The notes under the pieces were generated by a model that saw nothing but the letters and a program-made list of their open reading frames with translations, was not told where the DNA came from and did no database searches. DNA of 62,753 nt, counting the filler, from Candidatus Woesearchaeota archaeon (GTDB lineage Archaea; Nanobdellota; Nanobdellia; Woesearchaeales; BM511), in assembly GCA_023266675.1 (NCBI GenBank). It is 3 parts of 3 records of this genome, joined end to end, with 100 filler letters (N's around TTAATTAATTAA, not from the genome) between each part and the next. Parts side by side here need not be neighbours in the genome. Positions count along the whole stretch, not along the records: positions 28,328 to 55,272 come from JAHFPP010000010.1; 2 more parts are not named here. One strand, given 5' to 3'. Shown here one piece after another: positions 35,529-45,693 of this stretch. Each line of letters starts with the position of its first letter. Positions within the stretch are counted from its first letter, which is position 1. Position numbers and translations under genes: made by a program.

Positions 35529-36278
35529 TTAATTGATATCTCTGGTTTGTTTCCAAAGCCGCGGTATGACATATTCAGAAAGCTGTTTTAGATTAATTAT
35601 GTCCTCTTCGTTGTACTGCACCAGTAAATCAAGGTATTTTTTCTCGCCAGTCGCTCTGTATTGACGCCAAAGCATAACTGCATCTTCGCCAGTCACTCCC
35701 TGCACTTCGTCAGCTCTTTTGATTCCGATCTCATGCTCAATCTTTTTTAGTCCACCGGAGAGTCCAATCTTTTTTGCTGCAAAACGAAGGTCTATATGCG
35801 GTACATTGAAGTCAATGTTAAACTGCCGCCGAATAACAGGCAAATCAAATGATGCACCGTTAAATGTTATTAGCATTTTATATTTTGAAAGCTCGTCCTC
35901 AATTTTATCCTTGAAAAGCGATTGTCCTTTAACAAAAGTTTTTGTGTCGTGCCCGTCATAGAGTCCAAGAACTGTGATGTCACCATAGTATCCTGTTGTT
36001 TCAATATCCAAAAAACAGACGTCGTTCTTGAATTGATTATATAATCTCCACGTTTCGCCTGTAGGAAAAACTTCCTTGAAAAACTTCTCATTATCATCAA
36101 TAAGATGTTTTTTAGCATCATTAATTAGCCGGTCGTAAGAAGGCTTTTTAGCTTCAGTAACTCCTTTAATCTGCTCAGTTTTTAAAAAATCATCCCAGCT
36201 GTGAACATTCTGCGACCAAATGATTTTCTCCTTCTTTGGAGTTATCCTTGGAAGAAAAATAAAAGAGTTTTGTATCAT
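35529..36278 (-). CDS. YprB/RNase_H_2-family exonuclease
   Basis: FLDIETTG, TFNGASFDLP, GGLK.IE, YNEED. Confidence 0.9.
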   Translation of the reverse strand: MIQNSFIFLPRITPKKEKIIWSQNVHSWDDFLKTEQIKGVTEAKKPSYDRLINDAKKHLIDDNEKFFKEVFPTGETWRLYNQFKNDVCFLDIETTGYYGDITVLGLYDGHDTKTFVKGQSLFKDKIEDELSKYKMLITFNGASFDLPVIRRQFNIDFNVPHIDLRFAAKKIGLSGGLKKIEHEIGIKRADEVQGVTGEDAVMLWRQYRATGEKKYLDLLVQYNEEDIINLKQLSEYVIPRLWKQTRDIN

Positions 36279-36345
36279 GAAAACGCTAAACAATAATCTG
36301 TTTAAATAGTTTCGGAATTTTAAATAACCAAACTTAATGAATTCA

Positions 36346-36792
36346 TTAATTTATATCTTTATAAACAGGTGTTTCTTTGTCTTTTTGAAAATTAATTCCA
36401 AATCTTACTTTCAGATAAAATTCTTGAAGTCCGTTCACCTGTTTATAACCAAGATGTTCCCAGAACGCTGAATTTTCATTATTATTTATTATAATCTTTT
36501 GTATTCCTAATTCTTCACAAATTGTTTCTCGTAATTCAATTAATTTTCTTCCAAGCCCTTTGCCGCGATGTTCATCATCAACTTTTAAATCACCATTATA
36601 AGACAGTCTATTTGGTATGTCTAAAAGAAAACGGTATTTACCATATTCTACAGAACCAAGATGAGATAATACTCCAAAAACATTTGACCCAGCATGATTA
36701 AATTCGAGAGCAAACCATCTTGATTCATCAAATTCAGGTATTACTGCGGCAGCATGTTTTCTAATAAGTGCATCAATATATTTTGTATTCAT
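36346..36792 (-). CDS. GNAT-family acetyltransferase
   Basis: VDDEHRGKGLGRKLI, N.AFWEHLGY. Confidence 0.85.
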   Translation of the reverse strand: MNTKYIDALIRKHAAAVIPEFDESRWFALEFNHAGSNVFGVLSHLGSVEYGKYRFLLDIPNRLSYNGDLKVDDEHRGKGLGRKLIELRETICEELGIQKIIINNNENSAFWEHLGYKQVNGLQEFYLKVRFGINFQKDKETPVYKDIN

Positions 36793-36859
36793 CTTATTTG
36801 GATAATCTTATAATTTATAAATCTTATCTTTGTAACTATTATTAAGTAACTACATAACT

Positions 36860-37082
36860 CTATTCAAACGGATTAAACTTTTGTTTCAGAAGATTTTCTA
36901 TCGGTAAAAGTAGCGACGTTGGTAGTAAGTTTCATTTAAACCATTTCACTGTTCACATTCATCTGGCTCTATAATCTTGACTTTCCCAGAATCATAATCT
37001 GCAATAATAAAGAGAGCGATGTAATGCTTTTCTCTTTTTTTGGCGTTATCCTTGGTAGGAAAATAAAAGAGTTTTGAATCAT
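36860..37082 (-). pseudogene. Chimeric pseudogene: YprB N-terminus joined to a NUDIX C-terminus
   Basis: MIQNSFIFLPRITPKKEK, then in another frame KHYIALFIIADYDSGKVKIIEPDECEQ, frameshift, KWFK*NLLPTSLLLPIENLLKQKFNPFE*. Confidence 0.85.
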
Positions 37083-37225
37083 GATTTTATCAATTAATCA
37101 CTGTTTTAAATAGTTTGGGAAAAATAGGAACTAACTTAAAAATAAGTTATATAATAAAAACTATATTCTCTAATACTTCTATTAAAGAATAGTCTTATAT
37201 AGGAATAGGGCTTATTACTCATTAA

Positions 37226-37789
37226 ATGGAAAAAGCAGACCCAAAACTCCCAAAGCTAACTGAAAATGACAAAGAAGTGCTTAGGCAGATTATAGATCAT
37301 TCTAAAATTCCAGACAGCAAAATTGCAGAAGAAATTGGAATCTCCCCTCAGGCAGTCTTTAAGATACGAAACAAGCTTGAAGAATTAGGAATAATAAAAG
37401 GATATACTCCTGTAATCGATTTTAAGAAAGTCGGCATTAATGTTTTAGCGCTGCTTGTTCTTCGTTTTAAGTCAGGTGTATGGGACAGGTATTCCGATGA
37501 TTTTGTTTCTGAACGTATAACAAAAATTCCTTATATCATCGCAGCTTACAGAGTCGCTGACGCGAGAGCATCACATATACTCTTAATTGGGTTTAGAAAT
37601 ACTGCGCAAAAAGAGCAGTACCTTGCACAGATCCAAACTAAATACCAGAATGATATTGAGATAAAAGATGCATACACATTCTCAGTTGATAAAATAATCA
37701 CTCAAAATCCAATAGGGTTATTGAACGAAATAATCGACAAAAACGATTTTTCTAAATATGAATTATTCCCTGTGGACAAGAAAAAATAG
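37226..37789 (+). CDS. Lrp/AsnC-family transcriptional regulator
   Basis: LTENDKEVL..IAEEIGISPQAV..IRNKLEELGIIKGY.PVID. Confidence 0.9.
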   Translation: MEKADPKLPKLTENDKEVLRQIIDHSKIPDSKIAEEIGISPQAVFKIRNKLEELGIIKGYTPVIDFKKVGINVLALLVLRFKSGVWDRYSDDFVSERITKIPYIIAAYRVADARASHILLIGFRNTAQKEQYLAQIQTKYQNDIEIKDAYTFSVDKIITQNPIGLLNEIIDKNDFSKYELFPVDKKK

Positions 37790-37892
37790 TTCCAAGTAAA
37801 TTACTTCTTATTTTATAATGCAACAACTTAGCCACTAATTTTTATTTTATCCATACACCTTTATATACTAAAAAAGCATATTAACCCATAAG

Positions 37893-38453
37893 ATGGAAAA
37901 AGCGGACCCTGATTTTCCAAAGCTGACAGAGCATGATAAGGAAGTTCTAAAGGAGATTATACATCATGCTAAAATTCCTGACAGTAAAATAGCCGAAGAT
38001 ATTGGAATTTCCCCTCAGGCAGTCTTTAAGATACGAAACAAGCTTGAAGAACTGGGGATAATCAAAGGATACACGCCAGTAATCGATTTTAAGAAGATAG
38101 GCATCAATGTCTTGGTTCTTATCATCCTCCGCCTTAAATCTTCAGTCTGGGATAAATACACCAATGATGAAGTCTCTGAAAATATCTCTAAAATTCCTCA
38201 CATCATCTCGGCATATAGAGTTGCTAATGCGCAGGCATCGCATGTGCTTCTAATGGGCTTTCGGGATATTTCACAAAAGGAGACTTATCTTTCCAAGATT
38301 CAAACAAAATATGCAAACGAGATAGAAGTCAATGCAGTGCACACGTTCTCTGTTGATAACATAATAACCCAGAATTCAATCAGACTATTAAATGAGATGT
38401 TGGATAAGAAAGATTTTTCTGAATACGAATTATTCCCAACTAAAAAGAAATAA
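37893..38453 (+). CDS. Lrp/AsnC-family transcriptional regulator (tandem paralogue)
   Basis: Same HTH motif; colinear with the upstream gene. Confidence 0.9.
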   Translation: MEKADPDFPKLTEHDKEVLKEIIHHAKIPDSKIAEDIGISPQAVFKIRNKLEELGIIKGYTPVIDFKKIGINVLVLIILRLKSSVWDKYTNDEVSENISKIPHIISAYRVANAQASHVLLMGFRDISQKETYLSKIQTKYANEIEVNAVHTFSVDNIITQNSIRLLNEMLDKKDFSEYELFPTKKK

Positions 38454-38696
38454 TAATTATCTGACAATCTCTTAAATATATTTTTCTAGAATACTTTTTT
38501 TTGTGCATAACAAATTAAACAATTTTGCTTCTAAAAATTTCGATAATGCATAATCCATTATTATCATTAATTCACCATTTATATTTTTCACGAGAATAAA
38601 ACCTAAATTTCTCAATTAAAACATAAAAACTGGTTGTGATTCCCAACCAAGTGTTATTATAGCTGGTTGCCTTAACGATACTAGAAGGGTAAACTA

Positions 38697-38861
38697 ATGA
38701 AAAACGTAAAAGGGATTAATAAAAAGGGAAAAAGCAACGCATCTGCCGGTACAAAATCTGTCATTATTTGCAGACATTGCAAAAAACGGATAGACAAAGT
38801 GAAGATGGTAGGACTTTCATTGATATGCCCATCATGCAGAAAGCCGCAAAACGGCAGTTGA
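38697..38861 (+). CDS. 54-aa zinc-finger protein (not in the ORF track)
   Basis: MKNVKGINKKGKSNASAGTKSVIICRHCKKRIDKVKMVGLSLICPSCRKPQNGS*; SD GAAGGGT. Confidence 0.7.
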   Translation: MKNVKGINKKGKSNASAGTKSVIICRHCKKRIDKVKMVGLSLICPSCRKPQNGS

Positions 38862-38987
38862 ACTTGAAAACAAAAACAGGATGCAATAATTTACCATTTT
38901 AACTTAAACATTGTTTGTTAACTAATAACGAGGTAACTTACAAATCAAGTGTTATAATTATAAACCTAAACTAGGGGGAAAACGAAA

Positions 38988-41624
38988 ATGAAACAAAAAA
39001 CAAATTTTAAAAAATTATTATCAAATCTATCTATCTATCTAATCTTAATGGTGTCAATTATGTTTAGCGCACACGCATACACATCACCTGCAACTATTAA
39101 TCTTCTGACAGCAGCGGATTATGTCATATTAACAAAAACAGGAGTCACAAATGTACACACCTCCGCAATCACAGGAGATGTTGGTTCAAGCCCAATCACT
39201 GCTGCTTCAATGGACAACGTGTTTTGCTCGGAAATAACCGGAACAATATATGGCGCTAACGCAGCATATACGGGAAGCGGAGACGTAACCTGTTTTGCAG
39301 GAACACCATCCGATAATACTTTGGTGGCTAACGCAGTTCTTGATATGGGAACTGCATACGGTGATGCAACATCACGAGCACCTGACGCAACTGAACTAGG
39401 CGCAGGAGACCTTAGTGGATTAACACTCGCTCCGGGAGTATATAAGTGGAGTACAGATGTTGTTATAAATACTGACGTCACGCTTAACGGAAGCAATACA
39501 AGCGTATGGATCTTTCAAATATCAGGAGATTTAACTGTTGCTGCTGGTGCAAACGTACCTGCAGGAATAAAAGTACTGCTTATAGGAGGAGCGCTTCCAC
39601 AAAACATTTTCTGGCAGGTTGGCGCATCAAACTTTGGAGCAACACTTGGAACCTACTCAACATTTAATGGAAACATTTTAAGCGCAAAGCAGGTCAGGAT
39701 AAACACTGGCGCAATATTAAATGGACGAGCGCTTGCAGACACCCAAGTTACATTACAGTCTAATACCATAACAATACCTACAACTGGCGGCGGTGGTGGC
39801 GGCGGTTCAACAAACTCAACAATAACATTAGCAACACCAGGAAATAATACTTTTAAAAATAATATTACACCAACATTCATATTCAAATATATTGGTAACA
39901 CAACAGCCTCGTGCACTTTGTTTGTTGATAGTGTAGGTAAAGGAATAAATGCATCAACGGTTAATAATACAAATACAGCAATCGTTGCAAACAGTTCATT
40001 AACTCAAGGAAATCACAATTGGAATGTAAACTGCACAGATTCTTCCGGAAACGTTGGTTCATCAATAAGATTAGTCAAAATTGACACAACATCTCCGGTA
40101 GTGAATTTAATAAGTCCAACCAATAACACTTTTAGCGCATCTATATTTACTTTTAATTACACTGATGCCTTAAGTTCAACATCATCATGCACATTATATG
40201 TTGGCGGAGTATCTAAAGGAACAAATGGTTCAGTTGCCAACAACACAAACACAGCCATCACTGCAAACTCTTCATTAACTCAAGGAAGCAACAGTTGGTA
40301 CGTAAACTGCACTGACCTTGCAGGCAATATCGGAAATTCAAGCAGCAGAATCGTTTTAACAGATTCAATTTATCCAACATCATTAATCAACAATGTTAAT
40401 GGTGTGCTTAATGGAATTGGCACAACTAATGAAACTTTGACAATAAATTTCACTGCAAATGACACAAACATGGTAAATTGGACGTTATCAGTCTATAATT
40501 CAACATGGGGTTTATTGCAGAATTGGTCAGCAAATACAAATAATCTTTCTGCATTCAACGTATATACAGCAACTTCAAACGGCACATATTACATAAACTT
40601 GACTGTCAGAGATAATGCTACCAACATAAACACCACTTCATTTACTGTGTATGTCGATCAGTCAGTGCCAATCATAACGACATTTACACTTTCAGATTCA
40701 AGTGTTTATATTGGACAGACAATAACATGGTCATGCTTGGCAACGGATAGTTATACTGTTGTGACAACTGATGTAACTGGGCTAGATACCTCATCGGCAG
40801 GAACAAGAACAGCAACATGCATAGCAACAGACGGCGCCGGAAACACAGCATCTGCAACAGCATCATATACTGTCTCTCATAGGGCAACAGGCGGCGGAAG
40901 CGGAAGCGGCGGAAGCAGCAGTGCAACATCTGACAATTCGCAGTCATCAAGCCTTTCAACAATGATAGAAGGAAAAACAAATGTAGAATTCAATAAAGCA
41001 ACATTGCCAGTAACAGGAGTTGATATTGAAACAAGTGAAAAAGCATCAAACGTGAAAATAACAGAAACAATGCTTAGTACAAAACCATCTGATACTCCTG
41101 CTCCACAGGCTGAATACATCTACTATTATATTCAGATTGACCACACAAACCTTAACAACTCAATAATAAGCTCTGTAAAAATTAGGTTTAAAGTAGCTAA
41201 ATCCTGGATTGAAAGCAATAGTATTCAGTTAAGCCAGATAAGGCTTTATAGATACAACCAAGGATGGGAAACACTTAACACAACAATGTTATCAAATGAC
41301 TTAACCTATTATTATTTTGAGGCAACAAGTCCCGGGTTATCACTTTTTGCAATAGGATCTGAGAACGCAGCTGTAACGCCACCTGTAGTAACTCCGGCTG
41401 TAACACCTCCTGTAGTAACTCCGGCTGTAACACCTCCTGTAGTAACTCCGGCTGTAACACCTCCTGTAGTAGTACCGCAAGTCACAGGCAACGCAGCAAG
41501 TGAAAGCTGGTTTAAAACTTCATGTGGACTGGTTTTGGCATTGTTTGTTATCATCGGACTTTTGATTGGAGGATACTTTATGTTTAGAGAGCCAAAAAAC
41601 AAGAATCGGAGACATAGAGATTAA
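38988..41624 (+). CDS. Cell-surface ice-binding protein: DUF3494 + Ig-like repeats + PGF-pre-PGF domain + C-terminal TM anchor
   Basis: ILTKTGVT, ITGDVG.SP, TLAPGVYKW, WIFQI, NIFWQVG, GRALA.TQVTL; EATSPGLSLFAIG; many N-x-S/T sequons. Confidence 0.9.
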   Translation: MKQKTNFKKLLSNLSIYLILMVSIMFSAHAYTSPATINLLTAADYVILTKTGVTNVHTSAITGDVGSSPITAASMDNVFCSEITGTIYGANAAYTGSGDVTCFAGTPSDNTLVANAVLDMGTAYGDATSRAPDATELGAGDLSGLTLAPGVYKWSTDVVINTDVTLNGSNTSVWIFQISGDLTVAAGANVPAGIKVLLIGGALPQNIFWQVGASNFGATLGTYSTFNGNILSAKQVRINTGAILNGRALADTQVTLQSNTITIPTTGGGGGGGSTNSTITLATPGNNTFKNNITPTFIFKYIGNTTASCTLFVDSVGKGINASTVNNTNTAIVANSSLTQGNHNWNVNCTDSSGNVGSSIRLVKIDTTSPVVNLISPTNNTFSASIFTFNYTDALSSTSSCTLYVGGVSKGTNGSVANNTNTAITANSSLTQGSNSWYVNCTDLAGNIGNSSSRIVLTDSIYPTSLINNVNGVLNGIGTTNETLTINFTANDTNMVNWTLSVYNSTWGLLQNWSANTNNLSAFNVYTATSNGTYYINLTVRDNATNINTTSFTVYVDQSVPIITTFTLSDSSVYIGQTITWSCLATDSYTVVTTDVTGLDTSSAGTRTATCIATDGAGNTASATASYTVSHRATGGGSGSGGSSSATSDNSQSSSLSTMIEGKTNVEFNKATLPVTGVDIETSEKASNVKITETMLSTKPSDTPAPQAEYIYYYIQIDHTNLNNSIISSVKIRFKVAKSWIESNSIQLSQIRLYRYNQGWETLNTTMLSNDLTYYYFEATSPGLSLFAIGSENAAVTPPVVTPAVTPPVVTPAVTPPVVTPAVTPPVVVPQVTGNAASESWFKTSCGLVLALFVIIGLLIGGYFMFREPKNKNRRHRD
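41370..41477 (+). repeat. 4 x 27-bp coding tandem repeat (AVTPPVVTP linker)
   Basis: GCTGTAACACCTCCTGTAGTAACTCCG repeated four times with minor variation. Confidence 0.95.
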
Positions 41625-41776
41625 ACGATTATCATAACCTTTTTTATTTTTTAATTTAGGTTAGACTAAACAGTAAACTAAGTATCAATTCAACCAAAAC
41701 GAATTCTTGTTTGATACAGACTATTTAATACAGAATACATTAATCAAAATAAATAAAATATATAAGGTGAACAAAA

Positions 41777-43354
41777 ATGAAAGGAAAAAAATTATTAAAT
41801 ATTGTTTTATACACGCTTGTAATTGTGTCATTATTATCTGTAAGCATATTCAGCGCTTACGCAGCGCAGTCAGCAGTTAATCTAGGAACTGCAGGAAATT
41901 TTGTTATCCTATCAAAAACAGGAGTATCAACAACAGGCACAACAGCTATAACAGGAGATATTGGTGTAAGTCCGATTGACGGCACTGCAATCACAGGCTT
42001 TGGACTGATAATGGATGCAACAAACGAATTCTCAACATCATCACTTGTAACTGGAAAGCTTTACGCAGCAGATTACACGCCACCAACTCCGGCTAAAATG
42101 ACGACAGCTGTGAGCGACATGGAAACAGCATACACTGATGCAGCTGGGCGAACAGAAACAAGCATAGTCACAGAGCTAGGCGCAGGCGACATCAGCGGCA
42201 TGACAATTGCACCAGGCCTTTACAAATGGGGTACAGGAGTTCTAATTTCAACAGATATAACACTTGAAGGAGATTCAAACGCAATATGGATTTTCCAGAT
42301 ATCAGGCGACCTTACTGTGGCGTCAGGGGCGAAAATAATCTTAAAAGGCGGAGCGCAGGCTAAGAACATATTCTGGCAGGTAGGCGGAGGAGTTGGCGTA
42401 GAAATAGGAACAACAGCGCACATAGAAGGAAACATCATAGCTCAAAAAGCAATTCACCTTCGAACTGGTGCCACATTAAACGGACGCGCACTTTCCCAAA
42501 CAGCAGTAACATTGGATGCTAATGAAATATCATTATCCGCATCATCAACAGCTACTGAAACATCAACATCTGGCACAACAGGAACATCATCAAATAATAA
42601 TCAAGCCAACACAAATTCAAATAGCGGCACAAGCAGTGGCACTAGCAGTGTGTGCAGAGCAGCTTTTGAGTGTAATGACTGGTCAACATGTAATGCTGAA
42701 AAAAAGCAGACAAGAATATGTGTAGACAAAAATAACTGCGGAAGTAAAGATAATACTGAAACAAGAACTTGCACATATATTCTCAAATCAGAAAATAATT
42801 CAGATAAAGAATATTTGACCGATGAAAAAAATAAATCAAGTGAAGGAATCGGCCAGGAGCTCAATAATCAGATTAGCGAGCGAAAAGAAGAAATCAAGTC
42901 AGGCGAGTATACATCACCTATGGGTCAAATGATGGGAGTTAGAGAATTATCCAAAAACCTAAAAGAGTTAAGGGTCAATAATATCAATGCTCAAACTAGT
43001 TTAAGCATAATCGCCGAAACTGATAAAGACGGAAAAACAAGATTCAAAACAAAATTGACAAACGGCACAGAAATAGAAATAAAAATTATGCCTAACATGG
43101 CTTCACAAAAAGCGCTTGAGCAGCTAATGGTCAAAGTGTGTTCGTCTGACAATAACTGCACAATCCAGCTAAAAAAAGTTGGAAATGGAGCCTCTGAAAA
43201 GATTCAATACGAAATACAATTGGAAAGGCATTCAAAACTTTTAGGGATGTTCTCCAAAAAGATGCATGTCAGCGCAAATGTCGATGCACAAACAGGCGCA
43301 GCAACAATGCATAAACCATGGTGGTCATTCATGGCATCTGAAAAATTAGAATAA
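41777..43354 (+). CDS. Secreted ice-binding protein: DUF3494 + Ser/Thr linker + Cys-rich module + C-terminal domain
   Basis: AVNLGTAGNFVILSKTG, TGDIGVSP, YAADY..PTP..MTTAVSDM.TAY.DAAGR, PGLYKW, NIFWQV, GRALSQTAVTLD. Confidence 0.93.
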   Translation: MKGKKLLNIVLYTLVIVSLLSVSIFSAYAAQSAVNLGTAGNFVILSKTGVSTTGTTAITGDIGVSPIDGTAITGFGLIMDATNEFSTSSLVTGKLYAADYTPPTPAKMTTAVSDMETAYTDAAGRTETSIVTELGAGDISGMTIAPGLYKWGTGVLISTDITLEGDSNAIWIFQISGDLTVASGAKIILKGGAQAKNIFWQVGGGVGVEIGTTAHIEGNIIAQKAIHLRTGATLNGRALSQTAVTLDANEISLSASSTATETSTSGTTGTSSNNNQANTNSNSGTSSGTSSVCRAAFECNDWSTCNAEKKQTRICVDKNNCGSKDNTETRTCTYILKSENNSDKEYLTDEKNKSSEGIGQELNNQISERKEEIKSGEYTSPMGQMMGVRELSKNLKELRVNNINAQTSLSIIAETDKDGKTRFKTKLTNGTEIEIKIMPNMASQKALEQLMVKVCSSDNNCTIQLKKVGNGASEKIQYEIQLERHSKLLGMFSKKMHVSANVDAQTGAATMHKPWWSFMASEKLE

Positions 43355-43430
43355 TTTTTTATTTTTTTAAACTTTAATTTAATATCAAAATTTAATATAA
43401 ACTATTTATATTTTAGTCGGGGGTAAAAAC

Positions 43431-43683
43431 ATGGATACAACTAGATTAATCCATTTTATTTTATACGATAAACTTGCAAAGAAACTTTTGATTTTTGTTG
43501 ATTTTAATAATTATGCAGACAATGAGTATACTGCAGAACAAACAGTTGGGGGAAAGGAAATTGGAACAAACACTATTCAAGAAAGCAAATACAACAGTGG
43601 GATACCACGACATGTTATGGGAGCTTAATAAAATGTGTCCGTGCGGATCAGGAAAAGATTTCAGATACTGCTGCGAAACATAA
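43431..43683 (+). CDS. SEC-C motif protein, probably frameshifted
   Basis: SD-led ATG at 43431; CPCGSGKDFRYCC lies in a different frame. Confidence 0.5.
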
Positions 43684-43842
43684 ATTACATTAACTTTTTT
43701 TAACTTTTTTTTAATTTAATTAAAAACAAACGGCAAAAGAGGAATAAAATGATATATGATTATATTGACGATGAAGACGATACTCCAACAAGTCGAATCC
43801 TGTCATGGATATCAAAAATAAAGAATCATGAGAAACTAAAAA

Positions 43843-44799
43843 GTGGAAGAAATGATAAAAAAACAAATACATAAAAAAATTGCAGAGTCACTGTTAATCG
43901 GGGGACTACTTCTAACCGGTGCAGGATGCAGTACAACCCCGTATATAACAACGGCGACATCCACGCAAACTTCTCAGCCTCAATACAAAGCTCAATATTT
44001 AGATGAAACAAGCATCTCTACTTCAAGTGATGATACTCCGGAAAATTTGCTTATAGTATTGTCTCCTCACTTTGATGATGCTGTGCTCTCACTTGGAGGG
44101 TACATCTCTGATTTTCAAGGTCCTAAATTCGTTGTTACTTTCTTTTCTTCAGTGCCTGACTCACTTGATGGCTTAACAAAATGGGATGACATGTCAGGGT
44201 TTGACAAAAGCTCTGACTCAAGAAAGATAAGGGAAAAAGAGAATACCAACTCGCTACAGTCACTTGGGGCAAAAATCATCAACAAGAGTTACATAGACAA
44301 CCAGTATGAAATGCGTTCAGAGCTTGACAAAACCGTTCTTGTATCATCAATAACTGATGACATAAAACAGATTATCAACTCACGAGCCAATTATAACTTA
44401 ACTGTCATTGGCCCAGCATACTTTGGAGAGGAAAATACACATGCTGACCATTTATTGGTTTCAAAATCATTGATGCAGGTTGCAAAAGATAAAACCTATT
44501 CAAACACTCGCTTCTACTTTTACGAGGATGAACCATACACGCAGAAAAAGTTTGCTGGCGAAGAAATAACGCTTGATAAAATGCTTACAGATTTTTATCC
44601 TGGCCTTCAATTGACTAAAAGAGAAGTTCCGATATCAAAATATGGATTTGATTCAAAAATAAAGGGAATTGAATTATACAAATCACAAGAGCACGCTTTT
44701 CATGTAAAAATGGAGAACATAATTCAGGAAGTAACTGATTACGCAATGAGTAGGTGCATAGACATCAAGCCGTGCGAAGTCATTTATGAAATAAAATAA
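43843..44799 (+). CDS. PIG-L/LmbE-family deacetylase with lipoprotein-like signal
   Basis: LSPHFDDAVLSLGG, R..E, HADH, YED.PY, Y.SQ; LLTGAGC lipobox-like. Confidence 0.88.
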   Translation: MEEMIKKQIHKKIAESLLIGGLLLTGAGCSTTPYITTATSTQTSQPQYKAQYLDETSISTSSDDTPENLLIVLSPHFDDAVLSLGGYISDFQGPKFVVTFFSSVPDSLDGLTKWDDMSGFDKSSDSRKIREKENTNSLQSLGAKIINKSYIDNQYEMRSELDKTVLVSSITDDIKQIINSRANYNLTVIGPAYFGEENTHADHLLVSKSLMQVAKDKTYSNTRFYFYEDEPYTQKKFAGEEITLDKMLTDFYPGLQLTKREVPISKYGFDSKIKGIELYKSQEHAFHVKMENIIQEVTDYAMSRCIDIKPCEVIYEIK

Positions 44800-44849
44800 A
44801 TTATGAAATAAACTAAATTTAGAAAAATAAGTCTTGGAGGACAATAAAA

Positions 44850-45071
44850 ATGAAATCAAAAACAATAAAAGGCATTGAACAGGATATCAATACAACAAAG
44901 AAACAGGTTAAGTCTGAATTTATCAAAGCAAAAGCAAAAATCGTGGAAGCACAAAAACATGCAGAAGACTACATTGCAAAAAATCCAAAGAAAGCAACAG
45001 CTATGGCAGTAGGACTTGGAGTGGCAGTAGGCGCAGCAGTAACAGCATATTTTATGAAAGCAAAAAAATGA
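44850..45071 (+). CDS. ElaB/YqjD (DUF883)-like tail-anchored protein
   Basis: Helical N-terminus, YIAKNPKKATAMAVGLGVAVG C-terminal anchor. Confidence 0.7.
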   Translation: MKSKTIKGIEQDINTTKKQVKSEFIKAKAKIVEAQKHAEDYIAKNPKKATAMAVGLGVAVGAAVTAYFMKAKK

Positions 45072-45110
45072 ACTCAAACGTGCATAATATGATTATACGG
45101 AGCGACTAAA

Positions 45111-45299
45111 ATGAACAAAAAAGGACTAGGAGGTTGGCTGCTTTTAGCAATAATTTTTTTAGCAGTGGCTTTAATCTCAGGGATACTTGGCTTTGGGATT
45201 ATTTCAGGGTTTTCGTTCACACTGGCAAGATGGATGGCAATGATATTCGTAATATTATTTGTAATTTCAGTTATAGCCCACGTAATCAAAGAAGCTTAA
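45111..45299 (+). CDS. DUF1328/UPF0391 small membrane protein
   Basis: IIFLAVALISGILGFG.I......LA....IFVILFVIS. Confidence 0.8.
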   Translation: MNKKGLGGWLLLAIIFLAVALISGILGFGIISGFSFTLARWMAMIFVILFVISVIAHVIKEA

Positions 45300-45352
45300 A
45301 CTTTTTTATTTTTTTAAATTTTAATTTTATGAATCAATTCGGAGCGTAAAAA

Positions 45353-45598
45353 ATGTCAAACAAAACCAACAAAAATCTGATTATGATAATAATAGCTGTT
45401 GCAGTCGTCCTTGTTGTCTCTGGATTTTTCGGATTTGGATACAGAATGATGGGCGGGTATAATAACTACGGAATTATTGGAGGATTTGGCTACGGATTCA
45501 TGCTGATTAATTGGATATTCAGCATTTTGGTAATCTGCCTTGTAATTGCAGGGATTTACTGGCTTATTCAGCACACAAAAAAATACAAACTTAACTAA
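45353..45598 (+). CDS. Small two-TM protein with Gly/Met-rich loop
   Basis: GFGYRMMGGY...GFGYGFM between hydrophobic segments. Confidence 0.7.
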   Translation: MSNKTNKNLIMIIIAVAVVLVVSGFFGFGYRMMGGYNNYGIIGGFGYGFMLINWIFSILVICLVIAGIYWLIQHTKKYKLN

Positions 45599-45693
45599 GC
45601 AATCAGCTAATCAATAATTTGAATAATACTTTGAAAATAATTTGAAGACAAAATTCAAAACAGGATTATGAAAATACAATAAAAGGATACACA

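Noticed and set aside
36860..36960. TGA at Trp positions suggesting a recoded genetic code
   Set aside because: Occurs only in a frameshifted pseudogene; intact genes use TGG for Trp and TGA as stop
41370..41477. 27-bp repeats as a CRISPR array
   Set aside because: No spacers, in-frame coding linker, no cas genes in the window
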